Source: Alphaproteobacteria bacterium
GTDB taxonomy: Bacteria > Pseudomonadota > Alphaproteobacteria > UBA6615
Direction: 5' to 3'
Length of the DNA: 64,000 bases
Assembly (NCBI GenBank): GCA_028279245.1
Contig: JANQOE010000128.1
Span: 45,573-109,572, forward strand
Translations under genes and position numbers: made by a program
Notes under the pieces: model-generated
The model's input: only the letters and a program-made list of their open reading frames with translations
What the model was told of the DNA's origin: nothing
Database searches by the model: none
Shown here: positions 1 through 9,650 of the stretch, one piece after another
Layout: every line of letters starts with the position of its first letter
Position numbering within the stretch: position 1 is the first letter of the stretch

Positions 1-1
1 C

Positions 2-1180
2 GTACCGGGGCAGGTCGAGAACGTGCGCCTCCTGGCGATATCCATGATAGCTGGAGGCTTGGCGACGTATTTCCGAATAGGCGTCTTCGAACCGCTCTTG
101 CAGCAGGGCTATGCCCAGGCGGTCTGGTTCGCACGAAACGTGGCGTTTGCTGGTCTCCTCGTCTTCAGCCTCCACCTGTTGACGGAGAACCCGACCGTCG
201 CCGACGTATTGATCGCGGAGATCGGCGCTACCGTCGCGAGCTTATCGGTGGCATTGGTTTGTCTCCTGGCCTACTGGCGGAAGGAACGACGAAGCTATCG
301 CACGGCAGACGATTGGGAACCGCCCCGCCTCGGCGCGATGATCAGGACGGGCTTGCATGATCATGTCAGCTTCCTGATGCGGCTCACCGGCAACCAACAG
401 GCAATACTGCTGGTGAGCGGTAGGCTCCTGGGGCCGGAAGCAACCGCGGCATTTGGCTTCGTCCTAACCCTGGTGCAACAGATCAAGCAGTATCTGCCAG
501 CCGAAGTTCTGGCGCCGGTCATCCGGCCAAAACTTGTTGCCCAGTTTGCAATCGATCAGGACTTCAGACTGCTCAACCAGCGGTCAACCATGCTGTACAA
601 GGCCAGTTTGTTCGTCCTTGGCCCGGTCCTGGCGATTTTCGCGATTGCTGGGCCGGAGGTACTGAATTTCCTCTCCGCCGGCCGTTACGGGGACGGTGCG
701 ACCGTCATGCTGGTTTTGCTATTCATGCTCATCCCCGCCAGCCACAACGTGATCCTGTGGGGGATCATGATCACCGTGGGGCGCATGGACATCTTCGCCA
801 GGGGCGCGGTGAGCAGCTTGCTGACGGTGCCACTCGCGATTGTTCTAGTGGGAGTATTCGACAACAGTATCAGCATCGCGGCAGCCATGCTTCTCGCGAC
901 CATTCTCTACAACCTGATCGTCGTCCGGGGGCTCCGAGCGAAGGGTTTTGAATACAAAATGGACTTCCGCGGGCTAAGCATGATCTGCGTCTCCGCCGCG
1001 GTCGCGGCAGCGGTTTTGCTCCTCGTGCCCCAGGGAACCGCAGGTCTCTTTTACGCAACGGCGGCCACGGCAGTCGCTTGCGTCGGCTTTCTGACAGCCG
1101 CTTTTGTTGTCAAACCATTCTCCGCGGCTGAACGCCAGCTGATCAACAAGATGGCACGCCGAAACGTTTTCATCTGGTAA
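2..1180 (+). CDS. Polysaccharide flippase / Wzx-MurJ(MOP)-like exporter, 5'-partial
   Basis: Frame is open from the window start. About 12 hydrophobic segments with an MOP-like pattern; sits next to GT and SGNH genes. Confidence 0.75.
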   Translation, partial: VPGQVENVRLLAISMIAGGLATYFRIGVFEPLLQQGYAQAVWFARNVAFAGLLVFSLHLLTENPTVADVLIAEIGATVASLSVALVCLLAYWRKERRSYRTADDWEPPRLGAMIRTGLHDHVSFLMRLTGNQQAILLVSGRLLGPEATAAFGFVLTLVQQIKQYLPAEVLAPVIRPKLVAQFAIDQDFRLLNQRSTMLYKASLFVLGPVLAIFAIAGPEVLNFLSAGRYGDGATVMLVLLFMLIPASHNVILWGIMITVGRMDIFARGAVSSLLTVPLAIVLVGVFDNSISIAAAMLLATILYNLIVVRGLRAKGFEYKMDFRGLSMICVSAAVAAAVLLLVPQGTAGLFYATAATAVACVGFLTAAFVVKPFSAAERQLINKMARRNVFIW

Positions 1181-1198
1181 GAGAAAAAATAGGGTCCG

Positions 1199-2191
1199 AT
1201 GAGATTGCTCCAAAATGCAGCTATCTTTCTAATTGCAATCGTGTTGTCCCTCGCCGTTGTCGAGGTAGGCCTGCGCATTCACGATGGACCACGCTTCGCC
1301 GTCACGAAGACTCCCGTCACACTGAACGGGCAGACGTACAACCTGGTAAACACCCATTCGTCTCTCTCAGCACGCGACAGACGTGTTGTCTTTGTTGGCG
1401 ACTCGTTTGTCGAGGGGAACAAGTGCGGGAACGAACACAATCTGCCAGGCACATATGCCAGTCTCGTAGGTGAGGACGTTCAGGTCGACAATCTCGGTCT
1501 CGGTGGCTACGGCCCATTCGATTACCTCGACGTCTTGACCAACTATGTCGAGGAAGTCGGCCCGCCCCATCGCGCCTTCGCGTTTTACTATTTCAACGAC
1601 ATCGAGCTGTTTCCATCTGCATGTCGTTACCGTAGCGGCATGGCAGAGAGCGGCATATTCAATCCAGCCGACATCGACCGCATGGAGGCGTTTTGCGGGC
1701 AAGATCGTCAGCAACTTGATGAAACGCGCGATCGGTTTGGCGGCAGTTTCGACACCTTTTTTCGGTGGTCGAAGACCTACCTTTTGCTACGCGAAAGTGC
1801 CGCGCGGACGCTGTTGGCTCTAAGACCATCCACACCGGTCGGCAGGGCACATTTCATCGATCTATGGGAGCGCTCTGACACGCTTGAGCACAAGATGGTG
1901 CTCTACTCGATACAACAGCTGAGCACGTTAGCGACTGAATGGAACTCGGAGCTGATTATTGGGTTCTATCCGAATGTCGAATCGATCTCCAAGGATTCGC
2001 GGCTCTTCGGACCCTACGAAGAGGCTGCGACGATCGCTCGGGAGGCATATGGCGCCAGTGCCTTCAATGGATATTCGGTGTTCCTCGCCCACGAGGACGC
2101 GCGGCCGAATATGTCCATATCAATGCTCGACACGCACCCAAGTTGCGAAGCGCATGGCATCATGGCTGACTTCCTGGCCAAGTCCTTCTGA
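1199..2191 (+). CDS. Membrane-anchored SGNH/GDSL hydrolase (polysaccharide O-acyltransferase/esterase-like)
   Basis: N-terminal TM ending in EVGLR; blocks GDSF, NLGLGGYGP, FNDI and DTHP. Confidence 0.8.
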   Translation: MRLLQNAAIFLIAIVLSLAVVEVGLRIHDGPRFAVTKTPVTLNGQTYNLVNTHSSLSARDRRVVFVGDSFVEGNKCGNEHNLPGTYASLVGEDVQVDNLGLGGYGPFDYLDVLTNYVEEVGPPHRAFAFYYFNDIELFPSACRYRSGMAESGIFNPADIDRMEAFCGQDRQQLDETRDRFGGSFDTFFRWSKTYLLLRESAARTLLALRPSTPVGRAHFIDLWERSDTLEHKMVLYSIQQLSTLATEWNSELIIGFYPNVESISKDSRLFGPYEEAATIAREAYGASAFNGYSVFLAHEDARPNMSISMLDTHPSCEAHGIMADFLAKSF

Positions 2192-2203
2192 ACAGTTCGG
2201 CGA

Positions 2204-3397
2204 CTAGTCCGCGCCTGAACGGGCCACCGAGTGGCGGCCCGTGCTTGACCGATCCTGGCTGGTTGACATCACCTGGGCGTAGATGTTGCACGCAGTCTTG
2301 CCGATGGCGGACGGCCCCCGACTAGCGGCGGCTTGTTCCCGGGCGCCAGCGGCCAGCTGCCTACAAAGCGCGGTATCCGTGGCCAGGCGGGTGATCGCGT
2401 CAGCCAAGCTACCAGCATCTCTGGACCGAACAATGAGACCGTTCCTCATGTGGGTGATCGTATCCGGTAACTCGCCGACATCGGTTGCGATGACCGGAAG
2501 ACCGAACCCTGTCGCAATCGCCGCAACGCCGCTCTCCGAGGCCTCGATATACGGCAGGACCACAACGTCGGCATCAATGAATAGTTTTGCGGTCTCAGCA
2601 TCCGGCACGAACCGGTTAAGCACCGTCGTATTCGACCCGTTCTCTACAAGAGGCAGCAGCTCCGAGATGTCGCCTCGACCGGCTATCGTGAATTGCACAT
2701 TCGGCGCTCTCTTCAACACACTGGATCGCGCCTCAAGAAGATACTTCAGTCCTTTGTATGGAAAGATCCGGCCAAAGAACAGAACTCTAAAGCTGTCGTT
2801 TTCGTCACGGACGAAGCCGCTTCTCTCCGCCAGCCGCGCATAGCGTGTCACCGCGATGTGCTGCATGACGAAGATGGGCCGTGGCGGGAATCGTGAAATA
2901 GCTACCTGGCGCAGGCTTTCGCCGTGAACAATGAGCCCGCTGGACGCGCGTAGCGTAGGTACGCGGAGGTAGGTGATTAACGGAATGACTTCTTTGTCGC
3001 CGGGATGCGGCATGACGTCGTGAATGGTGCTCACGATCGGGGCCCGCACAAGCGGGCGCAAGAGGGAAAGCCAGGCTGTCGGCGAGAGCAGGTGGATGAC
3101 ATCAGGCTCAAAGCGCGACAGCAGGCGGCTGACGCGCAGGGCGAAGGTGATGTTGCGAAGCTGCCGTTGCCGGGGCCAGTCGAGGACGTGTAGTTCTACA
3201 TCGTCCCGCAAATGCCAGGCCCGGTCCCCGTAGGTCCGCTTGGACACCAGCAATGTGACCTTTGCGTGGTGAGCGACGGCGTTTGCAAACTCGGTCGCAT
3301 AGTCATCATGCTCTAGCGAGAGGATCGCAATACGCAAACTGAGGTTCCAATCATTCTGCGGGTTGGTTTGCGGTGTGGGTATCATCACCCCGGACAT
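2204..3397 (-). CDS. Glycosyltransferase family 4
   Basis: TIHD, FFGRIFPYKG, VVLPY..ASESGV and GLPVIATDVG motifs. Confidence 0.9.
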   Translation of the reverse strand: MSGVMIPTPQTNPQNDWNLSLRIAILSLEHDDYATEFANAVAHHAKVTLLVSKRTYGDRAWHLRDDVELHVLDWPRQRQLRNITFALRVSRLLSRFEPDVIHLLSPTAWLSLLRPLVRAPIVSTIHDVMPHPGDKEVIPLITYLRVPTLRASSGLIVHGESLRQVAISRFPPRPIFVMQHIAVTRYARLAERSGFVRDENDSFRVLFFGRIFPYKGLKYLLEARSSVLKRAPNVQFTIAGRGDISELLPLVENGSNTTVLNRFVPDAETAKLFIDADVVVLPYIEASESGVAAIATGFGLPVIATDVGELPDTITHMRNGLIVRSRDAGSLADAITRLATDTALCRQLAAGAREQAAASRGPSAIGKTACNIYAQVMSTSQDRSSTGRHSVARSGAD

Positions 3398-3591
3398 GCG
3401 TCAGCGACGCCCAAGTTGGAGCAAACGAGGAAGGCGGCCGGCGAAAGGGGTACCATTTATGGCGACCGGCTGGTCGGCCGGCGCGTGGCGTAACTCACAT
3501 GGTATACGCCCCGACTTTCTGGCGTGACTAGCGACAAGAACCAGCTTCGCCGGGATATGCTGCGCCACAGCAGCAAGCAAACAGGCTCGAC

Positions 3592-4809
3592 ATGAGCGAC
3601 GTGGTGGCACAGCCGAGAAACGGTCTTGGGAAGCGAGTCTTAGGCACGCTCGCACTCCTGGCTGGTTCGATCGTACTAGCCATCATCGCGCTCGAGGTCG
3701 GGCTTCGGGTCGCTGGGATCAGTTTTCCGGTCTTTGAGACATACGACCCTGTCCGCGGGTCGGCGCTCCGCCCGGGGAAGTCAGGCTGGTACAGGAAGGA
3801 GGGAACGGCGTTTGTCGAAGTCAACAGCGCCGGGTATCGCGATGTAGAACAAACGCTCGAGAAGCCGCCGAACACATTTCGTATCGCGGTTATCGGCGAC
3901 TCTTTTGTTGAGGCCCGCCAAGTGGACCTGGCTGATACCTTTTGGAAACGGCTGGAACAGTCCCTTGCGAGTTGTCCCTATCTGGAAAGTGAACTTCAGG
4001 TACTTGGCTTTGGCCTCGGTGGACACGGAACCGCGCAGCAGTTGCTCACCTTGCGCACGGACGTCCTAGACTATGCTCCGGACCTCGTTCTGCTCGCATT
4101 CTTCGCTGGCAACGATGTGTCCGATAACTCCAACCGACTGATGTCAGGTCGGGGCAGGAAAGGGCGGCCCTTCTTCGTTCTCGACGGGCAGGATCTCGCC
4201 CTCGACAACTCATTCACCGAACTGAACCTGACAACGGTGCGGCAGCGTGTTCTTCTCTGGGGCGTCCATTACTCACGCATACTGGAAGTCGTGAACCAGT
4301 TCCGCCGCGTTCGCGAGGTCGAGAATTTCCAGGCCCGACATGACGGGGCTGAGGGTCTGCCGCGCTTTGGATTGAACAACAACGTGTTCATCGATCCACC
4401 AGACGAGCGCTGGCAGGAGGCCTGGGTTTTGACGGAGCGTTTGCTTGCTGAGATGAACATGGAAGCAGCGGCTGGCGGATCAGAGTTTGCGGTCGTCAGT
4501 CTGTCGCAAGGGCCCCAGGTCCATCCGGATCCGGCAGTGCGAAGCGAATTTGCCGAGAGTCTGGGGGTCGATGATCTGTTCTTCAGTGAACATCGGCTAG
4601 AGGAAATGGGCGAGCGTCAAGGATTCCCTGTGATCACGCTGGCCCAATCAATGCAGGCGCGCGCGACCGATGAACAGCTATTCCTGCATGGGTTCGACAA
4701 CACGGTATTGGGCTGGGGACACTGGAACGCGGACGGCCATCGGGTCGCAGCCGACATACTGTCGGACGCGCTTTGTGAGTCTCAGTTGGTTTCGCCGCCG
4801 GAAAGCTAG
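3592..4809 (+). CDS. Membrane-anchored SGNH/GDSL protein (AlgX/AlgJ-like O-acyltransferase)
   Basis: TM ending in EVGLR; NSAGYRD, GDSF, GLGGHG, GND and GHWNADGH. Confidence 0.8.
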   Translation: MSDVVAQPRNGLGKRVLGTLALLAGSIVLAIIALEVGLRVAGISFPVFETYDPVRGSALRPGKSGWYRKEGTAFVEVNSAGYRDVEQTLEKPPNTFRIAVIGDSFVEARQVDLADTFWKRLEQSLASCPYLESELQVLGFGLGGHGTAQQLLTLRTDVLDYAPDLVLLAFFAGNDVSDNSNRLMSGRGRKGRPFFVLDGQDLALDNSFTELNLTTVRQRVLLWGVHYSRILEVVNQFRRVREVENFQARHDGAEGLPRFGLNNNVFIDPPDERWQEAWVLTERLLAEMNMEAAAGGSEFAVVSLSQGPQVHPDPAVRSEFAESLGVDDLFFSEHRLEEMGERQGFPVITLAQSMQARATDEQLFLHGFDNTVLGWGHWNADGHRVAADILSDALCESQLVSPPES

Positions 4810-4810
4810 G

Positions 4811-5830
4811 CTAGCCCCATCCGCGCTTGTACGGACGTTTATGCCAAGGAGCGCGCGGGCCTCCGCCGATGGCAAGTGGCATCACCGCCTCGTTGAACTG
4901 GCTTCCGGAGAATGATGATCCCGTCAAACGCACTGCGTGAAACCAGAAACCCGGTATCAGCAAAGCGTCTCCTGGACCGAGGTCGCAGTAAGGCTGTTGA
5001 ATAGACCCGGCAGCCGGGTAATCGGCTGGGGCGAACGGATTGTAGTTCGCGGTGCAGATATTGATCGTTCTGGCGATCGACCCAACCAGCACGGATTGAT
5101 GCGGCGGCACCAGGACGACACGCCGTTCCCCAGTAATCTGGACCAAAAGAACGTCGCAAAACTGGTGGCAGTGCAGAGGCGTGAATGAGTCGACACCAAA
5201 CCAGAACGTGGTGACCGGCGCCTTGGGAAAGAAACTCTTTGGCTGTGGCAGCTGATCCGCAATTTCCGGCAGTTTGATGTTGGCCAGGTAAGGCCCCATG
5301 CCGGGCACGAGGTGGTCCGGGACCGGGAAGGACGTCCGTCCCATTGCGAAATCAACAAAATCGCCGGTTCGCATACGTATGATGTCGGAATCCCCGGCAA
5401 TCGATGCATAGTTACCAACACGCACCGGACCGACCGTGTCACCAACCTGCGCCTTCACCCAGTCGAGGTCCAGGTCCCGCGCTTCAGGATAGTAGTCGCG
5501 CAAAACAACCGGATCGGATTGCGTGGCGCGCTCCTTGAGAAGGGCCGATCTTGCCTCAACATCGAGTTGCTCGCTGTCGACGGACTCGATCCGCTCCCCA
5601 TACCCGCGCGGAGCAGTGAGCGCGGAGACTTGTGGCCAAGCATTCTGCGCCAGGTTGTAGTTGGTGTGCGGCTCGTGTCCCAACCTCGGCATGATCCACC
5701 GGAATGCCGCGTACCGGAGGTGCGAGTTGTTGAGACCGAGTAGTGACTTCCTTAGGGACGAGACCCGGCCCCTGGTCTCGCCGGCAGTGTTGCGCCCGTT
5801 GGTTGCCGCACTCTCGGTATGCTCGAACAT
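4811..5830 (-). CDS. JmjC/cupin_8-like oxygenase with atypical HxH motif
   Basis: PVVLR, FWFG..TPLHCH..LVQITGERRVVLVPP and LGPGDALLIPGFWFHAV. Confidence 0.8.
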   Translation of the reverse strand: MFEHTESAATNGRNTAGETRGRVSSLRKSLLGLNNSHLRYAAFRWIMPRLGHEPHTNYNLAQNAWPQVSALTAPRGYGERIESVDSEQLDVEARSALLKERATQSDPVVLRDYYPEARDLDLDWVKAQVGDTVGPVRVGNYASIAGDSDIIRMRTGDFVDFAMGRTSFPVPDHLVPGMGPYLANIKLPEIADQLPQPKSFFPKAPVTTFWFGVDSFTPLHCHQFCDVLLVQITGERRVVLVPPHQSVLVGSIARTINICTANYNPFAPADYPAAGSIQQPYCDLGPGDALLIPGFWFHAVRLTGSSFSGSQFNEAVMPLAIGGGPRAPWHKRPYKRGWG

Positions 5831-6317
5831 CTATCCCGCTTGATTCAATGTGTTTTAGGCCCGGTCATTAGGCTGACGTACAGCATCCAAATCAAACAAA
5901 ACTCGGCTTCTAACACTGTCTCGCGAAAAAGCGAGATTTCTGACTAACAACAACGCGGTACCCGGGTGTCCGAAAGGTACCCACGGGAGATTAGAGTGGA
6001 TTCCAGGCTAATTCGCGCAGTGCGACACCGTGCAAAGGGATGGTCGGGACCCGGGACCTTCCTACAAGCTGTGTTCAGCTTCAACGGCCATAAAACAGCG
6101 TGGGACACCGCCCTCCCACCGCGCCATAGAGCCTCTTGGCCGGCCACTCCGGGATGGCCGGGATCGAATCAGCCTCGAATGGATACCCCACCTGTGCCGG
6201 ACGTACCGACGGAGTTGTCGCTCTTGAGGATGCAAGACTTGCCGGCCGATGACTATGTTGCGCCTGCGTGGTGTGAGGGCGTGAACGCGAGGTCACGTAC
6301 AGATCGGTGGCGAGCAT

Positions 6318-7535
6318 ATGCAGATTGAGACGCTGACGAGAGTTGGTCCTCGTAAGGGCGACGGCACCCGGGTTCCGGTGATCTTGTTGGATGGCGACCA
6401 CAATGCGCTTTCGGTTGCGCGGCGCCTGGCAGCCGAGAGTGTCACGGTTTACGCGATCTGCGCCGCGGCATCGCATGTGAGGTTTTCGCGCAGCGCCGAG
6501 TACCTTGGGCTAGCTGGCGGCGATGCGGCGTCTTGGGAAGCATTCCTACTCGGTACAGAATCGGAATCCTATCACGGGGCGATACTTATTGCTTGCGGCG
6601 ACCAAGGCATTGAACTGATCAATCGGAACCACGAACGGCTGGCCGCCAAGTTCATACTTGAGGAGTTTGATCCGAAGTTACGCCGTCAACTCCTCGACAA
6701 ACGCCAGACCTACGAGATCGCCAAGGGGGCCGGGATCCCGTACCCACATTACGTTGAGATCGAGCCCGATACGGACCCCGAGGTCGTGTTCGAGACCGTG
6801 CGGCTCCCAATTCTGCTGAAGCCGCCCTACGCCCCCGACTTCGCCCGCGCGTTCGGAACCAAGTGTTTCCTGCTGAACGACGAAGATGAGGCGCGCCGCG
6901 CTATCGACGAAGTCATCCGCCGGAGGATCCGGTGCCTGGCAATGGATTTCATCCCCGGCGGCGACGAACAGCTATGCAGCTTCACCACCTATCGTACGCC
7001 GGAGGGCGAGGTCCTCTTTCGCTACACTAAGCACGTTATCCGGCGGAACCCGCCAGGTTTCGGCACCGGCTGCTATCACGAAATGGACCACAACGAGCGC
7101 GCGGCGGAAGCCGGTGCAGCTTTCTTCGATCGCATCGGGCTCGTTGGGTTCGGAAACGTCGAATTCAAATGGGATGAGCGAGACTCCCAGCTCAAACTCA
7201 TTGAATGCAACACCCGGTTCACCCAGGCAAATCAGCTCGTCGAAGCCGCCGGCCTTGGACTGTCGCGCATAGTCTATTCGCGCCTGGCCGGACGGCCGGC
7301 CCAGCCCGGCGGCTCGTATCAGGCTGGACTGCGCCTTTGGTACCCGATGCACGATTTCCGGGCATTCCTGGCATTGCGCCGACGCGGAGAACTGACGGCC
7401 ACGGCCTGGTTGCGGAGCCTGGTACACAGGAAGGTGTGGCCAGCCTTCTCCTGGCGCGACCCAGTGCCCAGTTTCATGGTCCAGACAAGTCGCGTGCTTC
7501 ACCTCCTGCGCCATGGGCGCGCAGGAAAGCTGTAG
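6318..7535 (+). CDS. ATP-grasp carboxylate-amine ligase (COG3919 / D-aspartate ligase-like)
   Basis: DKRQTY..AGIPYP, PILLKP, DFIPGGD, NVEFK.D.RD..KLIECNTR and C-terminal WRDPVP. Confidence 0.85.
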   Translation: MQIETLTRVGPRKGDGTRVPVILLDGDHNALSVARRLAAESVTVYAICAAASHVRFSRSAEYLGLAGGDAASWEAFLLGTESESYHGAILIACGDQGIELINRNHERLAAKFILEEFDPKLRRQLLDKRQTYEIAKGAGIPYPHYVEIEPDTDPEVVFETVRLPILLKPPYAPDFARAFGTKCFLLNDEDEARRAIDEVIRRRIRCLAMDFIPGGDEQLCSFTTYRTPEGEVLFRYTKHVIRRNPPGFGTGCYHEMDHNERAAEAGAAFFDRIGLVGFGNVEFKWDERDSQLKLIECNTRFTQANQLVEAAGLGLSRIVYSRLAGRPAQPGGSYQAGLRLWYPMHDFRAFLALRRRGELTATAWLRSLVHRKVWPAFSWRDPVPSFMVQTSRVLHLLRHGRAGKL

Positions 7536-7549
7536 TAGCCGCCGAATAC

Positions 7550-8587
7550 CTATGTGGCGGAGGCGTCCTCAGAGGGCACTAGGTCTATTGCACCGATCGA
7601 ACAGAGTTTGAGCAAACGGGCGCGCCGTTCACCTTGCTCGGCTCCATTCCCTTCACCCTGACCAACTAGTTGCTCGACATCCGTTGGTTCTTCCAACCTC
7701 TGCAGCATCTCCAGATCTTCGGTGTCGATCGCCTGACCCTCGGCTTCGCCATGTATGTCGATACTTAGCCCCTCATGACGGAAGCCTGATTCGAACGATC
7801 GCCGAATAGCCAGGATCCGTGGCGAACGCTCTGCACGGGCCGCCGTCGTCGGGGCGGAACCCTGTGCGGCCACCATATCCTGCGTGAACCTGCGGTTGCG
7901 CACCGACGAAGGGTCTTCCCCCAGCGGATCGAGCCGCATGGCGTTCATTTTTATGTAGAGGATCACCGAACCCGCAGCATTTCTGCGCTCATGGAACACG
8001 TCGGCACCACGGAACAGCAAAACGTCACCGGGGTCCGCTTGAACCAGCACCGGCTCGGGCACAGGGGCGTCACTCGGGTCGTACACAATCGCCCGATTGG
8101 CGAAATTGGTCGCTAGGCCGAGATCCGGGTACAGGGTCAGGACCGAATCTTTCTTAATGTGCAACGGGATCCCGATATTGATCTGCGACGCGAACCGGTC
8201 CTTGTGCGGCAGGGGATTTGGGTCGGCCGTCTCGGTATAGGCCTTGATGTGACGTTCGGAGACCGTGAGCTTTTCTCGGGGCAAGCCAGTAACCTCGGCA
8301 ATAAGGTCCTTGGCCACGTTCAGGAATTCGTCGTCCCCATCAAAAGCCAGCAGATACTGCTGCTTCTTATTCTTAATCGCCCACGCGCTCAGTCGATTCT
8401 GTTCAGTATCACGAAACTCGGTATAGAGATCCTGCAGACGACGCAGTGCATCCGGGAGAATGCCACCTTTAAGAAGTACGTATCCATCTTCATTATACTG
8501 ACGCGCGACATCCGCATCACGTGCCGCAAACACTGTGTCAATTCTTCCCAACTGAACCACCATTGTTGCGCTCTCGAAAGTCTGCAT
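7550..8587 (-). CDS. 2OG-Fe(II) oxygenase with C-terminal winged-helix-like extension
   Basis: Y..DGYV.L start, HKD and PGDVLLFRG..FHER facial triad with Arg. Confidence 0.7.
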   Translation of the reverse strand: MQTFESATMVVQLGRIDTVFAARDADVARQYNEDGYVLLKGGILPDALRRLQDLYTEFRDTEQNRLSAWAIKNKKQQYLLAFDGDDEFLNVAKDLIAEVTGLPREKLTVSERHIKAYTETADPNPLPHKDRFASQINIGIPLHIKKDSVLTLYPDLGLATNFANRAIVYDPSDAPVPEPVLVQADPGDVLLFRGADVFHERRNAAGSVILYIKMNAMRLDPLGEDPSSVRNRRFTQDMVAAQGSAPTTAARAERSPRILAIRRSFESGFRHEGLSIDIHGEAEGQAIDTEDLEMLQRLEEPTDVEQLVGQGEGNGAEQGERRARLLKLCSIGAIDLVPSEDASAT

Positions 8588-8757
8588 TTGACAGCATTAT
8601 CTTGTGCCTGATAGCCACAAACTGAAGAAGGTCAACAAAAGCCCAGTCGCCGTAGTAATAGTTGTCGGGCTCCACCGATCGAACTACCACCAACGGCCAT
8701 TCGGAGATGGCCAGAACGACCCAAATAGTGGCCAATCGCTTTCACCAGAGGCCGCTC

Positions 8758-9627
8758 ATGGTCATCGGCATTCTTTATCCTGGAGAGTTGGGCAGCGCCC
8801 TCGGCGTGCTGCTCGTGTCGCGCACGGACCATACCGTCATCGCAACGCTGGAAGGTCGCTCACCGCGAACCGCATTGCACCATCAAGGCAGCGGCATCGA
8901 ACTGCGCCCGTCCTTCGAGGATGTAGTCGCCACCTCCGATGTAATCGTTTCAGTGGTTGCAACTGGGGCTGCGGCTGAGACCGCCCAGCGGTTTCGGGAT
9001 GCGGCGGCGCACGCGCCCCGTCAGCGGCTATTCATAGACATCAACTCCATCGGACCGGAACGGGCCGAACAAGTGGCTGGGTTCGCGATCGATGGTGGAG
9101 CGGCCTTTTGTGATGGGTCGATACACGGGCTGGCCAAGAACCTGGCAGACGGTGCCAAGCTATACTTGAGCGGACCCGGGGCCGAGCAAGCCGAACGGGT
9201 CTTCTCACCTGTCATGCGAACGGTAAACCTCGGTCCTCGGACCGGCACCGCGTCCCTGATGAAAATGGCCCTTGGCGGCCTAAGCAAGTCGGTGAGCTCC
9301 GCCTTCCTTGACATCGGGGTGTTCGCGCAAAGCGCCGGCATCGGTGAGGCGTTCGCCAGCGAAGCTAAGGACTTTTACCCCGGCCTGATGGAAGCCATCG
9401 ACCGACTTGTTCCCACCATGCCGAAGCATTGCAAGCGAAGATCTGAAGAGATGCGAGAATTGGCCGCGACGATGAAAGCAGCGGGGACGTCGGCATCCTT
9501 CGCCGATGCGGCGAGAGGTACGTTCGAGACCCTTATTGCCCGCCGGGAGGCCGCTGAACTCGGCAACGAAGAACCCAGTTTTGACAACGCCGTGAGCGTA
9601 ATCCAATGGGCAACCGACAAGTCCTGA
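8758..9627 (+). CDS. NAD(P)-dependent oxidoreductase (6PGD/beta-hydroxyacid dehydrogenase-like, DUF1932 type)
   Basis: IGILYPGELG Rossmann motif, FIDINS, ASLMKM..GLSK and RRSEEM. AGAGG RBS before ATG 8758; alternative start at 8707. Confidence 0.8.
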   Translation: MVIGILYPGELGSALGVLLVSRTDHTVIATLEGRSPRTALHHQGSGIELRPSFEDVVATSDVIVSVVATGAAAETAQRFRDAAAHAPRQRLFIDINSIGPERAEQVAGFAIDGGAAFCDGSIHGLAKNLADGAKLYLSGPGAEQAERVFSPVMRTVNLGPRTGTASLMKMALGGLSKSVSSAFLDIGVFAQSAGIGEAFASEAKDFYPGLMEAIDRLVPTMPKHCKRRSEEMRELAATMKAAGTSASFADAARGTFETLIARREAAELGNEEPSFDNAVSVIQWATDKS

Positions 9628-9650
9628 CGTCAGCAAGCCTTGCTATTGGG

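Noticed and set aside
6318-7535. Graspetide (RiPP) ATP-grasp ligase
   Set aside because: Motifs fit the COG3919 type, and no precursor with repeated T/S/K-D/E cores is nearby.
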